DNA of 64,000 nucleotides from Gekko japonicus. Lineage: Eukaryota. Below are positions 58,907 through 64,000 of the stretch, one piece after another; position 1 is the first letter of the stretch, and each line of letters begins with the position of its first letter. The notes below the pieces were generated by a model, which was not told where the DNA came from, did no database searches, and saw only the letters and a list, made by a program, of their open reading frames with translations. The stretch is taken from positions 1 to 64,000 of the forward strand of contig NW_015170393.1 of NCBI RefSeq assembly GCF_001447785.1. The letters run 5' to 3'. The position numbers were made by a program, and so were the translations under genes.

Positions 58907-59896
58907 CTATCTTAGCCTGTGTTCTTCCTTGGATTCTCCTTTCCATCTCCATGAGACACTCTGCATTTTACAAGATACCATTTTACAGACAAAAGCATCT
59001 TTTAAAGCATTTTGGACCTGTTTATTCCTCAGACTGTAAACAAATGGGGTCATGAGGGGACATACAACATTATTGAGAACGGCCACCGCTTTGTTGAAGT
59101 TTTGCCCATCATATTGCACTGGATTGACATACATAGATATGCAGCTGCCATAGGTGATAGAGACTACAATGATGTGAGCAGCACAGGTGGAAAAGGTCTT
59201 CTGCCTACCTGCAGCAGTTGGTATGCGGAGAACGGTGAAGATAATCTTCGCATAAGAAACAATGGTGATCGCTAAAGTTCCCAGTAGAGAAAACACAGCA
59301 GCAAGGAAGCTGATGAGCTCCAGGATCTTTGTATCTCCACAGAGGAGTTTGCGTAAAGGACTATTGTCACAGAAGAAATGGTTAATGACATTTGAGCCAC
59401 AAAAGGGAAACTGAACGAAGTGCATGGTTTGACCAAAAATCAGGATGAAGCCCCCTATCCAAGATAACAGCACCAGTAGCATGCAGAAATGGTCATTCAT
59501 GATGGTGGTGTACCACAGAGGGTGGCAGATGGCTACGTATCTATCAAAGGACATCACTGTCAGCAGGAAGAAATCCGTGGTGCCCAAAAAGAAATACAGA
59601 AAGAACTGGCTTATACAGCCGACAAAAGAGATTGTCTTCCTGCCAGATGCCAGGTTGATTAAGACTTTTGGGATGACAGCAGTAGTATACCCAATTTCCA
59701 AGATAGCATAATTTCGGAGGAAGAAATACATGGGGGTTTGGAGATTGATATCTGTCAGAGTGATGACAATAATGAGCAGGTTTCCTGTTATGATCATGAA
59801 GTACATGATGAAGAAAAGTGTGAAGAGAAAGATCTCTAGTTTGCGGTTCTCAGTGAATCCGAGTAGTAAGAACTCCTTGATCTTGGTCTGGTTCAT
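58907..59896 (-). CDS. Olfactory receptor, family 6, OR6E1/Olfr49-like, 329 aa
   Basis: LQTPMYFFLRNYAILEI, FLYFFLGTT, MSFDRYVAIC, INHFFCDNSP, SLLGTLAIT and HIIVVSITYGSC resemble mouse Olfr49 (Or6e1) as recalled. Strong upstream acceptor TTTTCCATTTTTTCCAG on the minus strand at about 59926-59942. Confidence 0.93.
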   Translation of the reverse strand: MNQTKIKEFLLLGFTENRKLEIFLFTLFFIMYFMIITGNLLIIVITLTDINLQTPMYFFLRNYAILEIGYTTAVIPKVLINLASGRKTISFVGCISQFFLYFFLGTTDFFLLTVMSFDRYVAICHPLWYTTIMNDHFCMLLVLLSWIGGFILIFGQTMHFVQFPFCGSNVINHFFCDNSPLRKLLCGDTKILELISFLAAVFSLLGTLAITIVSYAKIIFTVLRIPTAAGRQKTFSTCAAHIIVVSITYGSCISMYVNPVQYDGQNFNKAVAVLNNVVCPLMTPFVYSLRNKQVQNALKDAFVCKMVSCKMQSVSWRWKGESKEEHRLR

Positions 59897-60539
59897 CCTA
59901 AAGATATATCTTGATTAGCAATAAACTGGAAAAAATGGAAAATGTCAGACCTTCAGAGCCATAACAGTAGTACCTCTGGACCAGACAAATGAACCATCTT
60001 GATCAACAATCAAATTTTCAGCAATATGTTTCTGGGAATAATATGAAGAGGACATCCAGTGTCTACATCATAATCCCCTAACCATCAGTGCTCATGGGTC
60101 AGAGACATAATGCACTGGATATGGCGGTCCCAATTGGGTACCAGAGCACATATCTTTTGGTAGACTTATCCTCCAAAAAAATCACCTAATTCTCTTTTCA
60201 AGCTGTATCTTATAGGTGCAAATTCTGTAAGTTAATAATGTTTGGTGTGAAGCAGGGCTATCTGTGGCTCTACCGGCAAACATATGGAACCCAGTAGGTC
60301 TCCTTTAAAAAGACAATCAAACCTTCAATTTACACTATATTGTAAGGGTAGATGGGGTATTAGAATAACCACTATGTGAAGGAAATGGCAGGCACATGCC
60401 ACTGAAAGATTTTTAGAGATGTTTTACAGAAAAAAAGTTGTAACAGAGGTGAACAGCTGCCAATTTATCCAACTGCACACCATGCACAGCTTTATGCCAG
60501 CACACTAAACCAATTTTGCATCAAGATCCTGAGTATAAT

Positions 60540-60815
60540 TAGGGATGGGCACGAACCAGCTCGTGAACTAAAGTTCGTCATGGATTTTGTTTGGTTTGCG
60601 AAGCCATGTTGGTGAACCGAATAGCTGCCATGAACATTCATGAATTTTGATGCAGTTTGTGGTGGTTCGTGAAAAGCAGGAAGTGGGGGTTTAAATGCCT
60701 CTTTCGTTGAAAAAAGCTGAGTACCCAAATATGAAGAGCAGCTTGCTTTTGTGTCCCTGAATTCACCACACTTCCTTTTCCAGTGTTGTGAGAGTGCAAG
60801 GAGATACTGGTTCAA
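60540..60815. mobile_element. DNA-transposon-like fragment with terminus AGGGATGGGCACGAAC; related pieces at 8905-9000 and 10266-10282
   Basis: Shared terminus and repeated CGAAC/GTTCG subterminal motifs. Confidence 0.55.
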
Positions 60816-63277
60816 TCAATTTTCTCATAACCATTCACAATTCTATAAAACTTTCCCATTCTTCTGCTCCATTTATTTCTAACCTAAAGCTGCCAAACCC
60901 TTTAGCCTTCAATCCATAATCTTACTACAATACATAATAGCATCAGAAGGAGAAGGAGGAGGAGATTGGATTTATACCCTGCCCTTCACTACCTGAAGGA
61001 GTCTCAGAGTGGCTTACATTCCCCTTTCCCTTCCCCTCCCCATAACAGACACCCTGTGAGGTAGGTGGAGCTGAGAGAGCTCTTTCAAGAACTACTCTTG
61101 AAAGAACCAGCAGCTGCATGTGGAGAAGTGGGGGAATCAAACCGGGTTCTCCCAGATTAGATTCCATGCTCCTAATCACTACACCAAACTGGCTCAGATT
61201 TCTGAGCAAGGTTTCTCAGTTGTTAGTTGAATTAACTACACCACAAAAAACATCAGGATGTAAAATGATAAATAAATGGATGTCTGTACATACAAAATAG
61301 AATCTTTAATGATCTCTATGTTAGACATTGACTTTGGTTCACTGTACTTTTTCCTATCCTACATAGTCTTATCACATGAATTTTGATTGATTTCACTGTG
61401 TTTATATAGCTTTCAATTTGATTTTAGACCTTCTGTTCGTTTGTTCTTTCTTTCTTTCTTCTACCAATTCATTGTATTTTTAGTTAATTTTTAAAAAACT
61501 TTACTTGGAAATGAATTCTGATAGGGTTCACCTGGTTACACCTTAGTAAGTAGAAATGAGTTAAGATGCAGTTTGATTCAGAAAGTAATCACATTAAATC
61601 AAGACAGCAGCTCTCTGGAGAGGAAACAGATACACCGTATAAATAAACAAAGTACAGAGCAAGAAGAATATACATTTTTGATCACCCTTTTTGTCCACCC
61701 TTGGGACCCTTCTCCTGACAAAGTTCATGTTTCATAAGCATTATTTTATCAAAAGCACACCTGGTGTCATACTGAGTAGCTCAGATGGCAACTGCCCTTG
61801 CCTTCATCCATATTGAGGGCCTCCGTATTTCAAATATTCTCAAGAAATCAAAAGCTGTCCTGCTTTTTCCCCCCTGAAAAGAATACCAATCGACGTACAT
61901 ACAGGTATACCAGCTGCCATAGATGTTTGGTGTGAAATAATACAAGGCTTTTAAGCAGTTGACCAAATAGCTGCATAATGCCTTGCAAAATCCTTATATA
62001 AATAACTACCTAAAAGGCATTTTCCCCTATCATTTCCCCCGAAAAAAATTGAGATCTAGCTACATGAAAGGCTGTAACTTTATGATACAGACAATACATT
62101 GCATGTTAGTTTTCAGTTGTTACATTTTTGTTATCATCCTAAGCAGAGTTACACCTTCTAAGTCCCCTGAAGTCAATGCATTGTTTATTTAGTATTTGAA
62201 ATCACATGTTACCCAATCCTTTTAACTGGAGATGCTGGGGATTGAACCAGGGACCTTCTGCATGTCAAATAGATGCTCAGCCACTCCCTAAGCCCTGCTT
62301 CTCTTGCTACATTCCAATGTTCTGTTCTTGCCTGAGGGATTCAATAATCTTTTGTCCATGTCACATAAAGAATGCTATGAAAACCTCATACATTTTTTTT
62401 GCAAAGCTACCCTGATGTGTTACATCCAAAAAGAAGCCCCATATTAAAATGTCCACAGATTAGATTTCATTGCCAACTCTTGTTCTGTTACAAAATACTG
62501 CGTATTATGTGGACAATGTGGATTCAGAAGAAAAATCTCAGTTTAGCATACGTAAAAATAGACACAATGCACAATGCTGGGTGGATAAAAAAAGGATACT
62601 GGATAATCTATTTAAAACAAAATAAATCAATTTCCAGAAAATTGGATTTTTTAAGGAGCTGCTGGCCCTTGCTAGGCAGCGAAGGCAGTGACCCATTTCA
62701 GAGGTAACTAGCTTTCAGTTCAAACACTTACATTCCGTGGGTCCAATTTCGTGTAGTGGTTAAGAGCAGTGGGCGCTAATCTGGAGATTGGGTTCAATGT
62801 CCCACTCCTCCACATAAAGCCAGCTGGGTGACTTTGAGTCAGTCACAGTTCTGTTGGATCTCCTGGCTATACTACACCCACTACTATACAGCAATGATTA
62901 TTACTTACCTTCCCTGTATTCCCTCCTTTCCATTTAATAATATTGGGAATCCCTTCCACCCTTAGGGATATATAGGATGATGTATGTCTCATCAGATCGT
63001 CATGGTTAATGACTCCTTTTGGGGTTCACATGCTCATGGGAGAATAAAAATGTCCTCCTAAGTGGAGTCACACCATTCAAAGCCAGTTATTTTCAATATA
63101 CTTAAATGGGTGTGAATCTGCTTAGGATGGCCCTGTAAATGTGCTGATTAATGACTCACTGACTTCTCATCTTCTACACAGTAGCTATACTAATAAGTTG
63201 CGGGATCCATATGAACGCACACATGAAGCTGGCTTATACTGAATCCGGGGGGTGGGGGGATCAGACCATTGGTCCAT

Positions 63278-64000
63278 TGTAAGCCCACACGCCTGCTACG
63301 GTGTTTTTATGAACTGAGTTACTGTACCTGATGAAGTGTGCCATCGCTGTACCTGATGAAGTGTGCCAATGACAGACTGTGCCAGAAACTGACATGCTGT
63401 GAGCGCCCAAAAGGGATACTTACCAAAGACTGTGTTCCTGTAATGGTGGTTTTTCCTGAGGTGTTCCCATGTCCAGCAAACGCCATTTCGTTCTAAGCAC
63501 ATGGCCACAGCAAGCAGCAGACTCCATTTCGTTCCAAGGACATGGTCACAGAAAGCAGCAAACGCCATTTCAGAACAACCGCATGGTGACTTACCTCCCG
63601 GGGCCCCCCTCCCCCTCGCACCAACGGACAGCACGTGCTCACAAAGACCCTATTCAACCTGGCTGTATGGACATGAGTCATCCATCTACATACGAATACC
63701 CCTAGCCCAGGTGTCTTGACTGAGTTAGTCACTCGATCTCAAATTGCCCTCCAGTTTCCAAGCCCTCCCAGAGAAATACAGTAGCCAATCCCAGACCCTT
63801 TGGCTATGACAGAACACAGCATCACAGGGGAGATCCTCAGGGCCCAGCTCCTCCTCTGACCCTCTCTGATATAATCAGGAACGCACCCACAGCGAGCTCT
63901 CTTAGACTCTGCCTCTTTGCCCCCATCACACCCCATCGACGTCCTCTACAAACCCTGCTTTTCCTCTTAAGCCCAGCTTTCTATCCCAGATCCTACCTAT
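63278..64000 (+). mobile_element. Long LTR (ERV-like U3), running off the window end
   Basis: Starts with TGTAAG inside a SINE. Tandem U3 repeats (CTGTACCTGATGAAGTGTGCCA x2; CAGCA.AC.CCATTTC x3), CCAAT at about 63785, GATATAAT at about 63868. Confidence 0.7.

Overview
This is eukaryotic, repeat-rich DNA from a squamate reptile, most likely a gecko, judging by Sauria SINE, Squam3-like SINE, BovB, CR1, L2 and L1 copies. It is a draft assembly with several N gaps. The window is a chemoreceptor locus with four intact single-exon class II olfactory receptor ORFs: three OR6X1-like paralogues (11684-12628 -, 21353-22291 +, 51037-51981 -) and one OR6E1/Olfr49-like gene (58907-59896 -). It also holds an orphan exon 1 of a vomeronasal type-2 receptor split by a SINE (7442-7890 -). 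Most of the remainder is nested transposable elements, including PIF/Harbinger-like and hAT MITEs, solo LTRs with 5-bp TSDs, and tandem repeats. Main points of interest: (1) all three OR6X1-like proteins have Gly in place of the near-invariant third ECL2 cysteine and carry an N-terminal Cys, suggesting rewired disulfides; (2) a CpG island (26.6-28.1 kb) and a repeat-free block (41.5-42.1 kb) are dense in homeodomain and O/E(Ebf)-like motifs, as expected of OR enhancers; (3) an L1 is inserted into the splice-acceptor polypyrimidine tract of one OR; (4) there are several perfect hairpins, and an LTR-like segment flanked by a ~440-bp duplication. No prokaryote-type system such as CRISPR is present. 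All family names come from motif recognition from memory, not database searches, and coordinates of degraded repeats are approximate.
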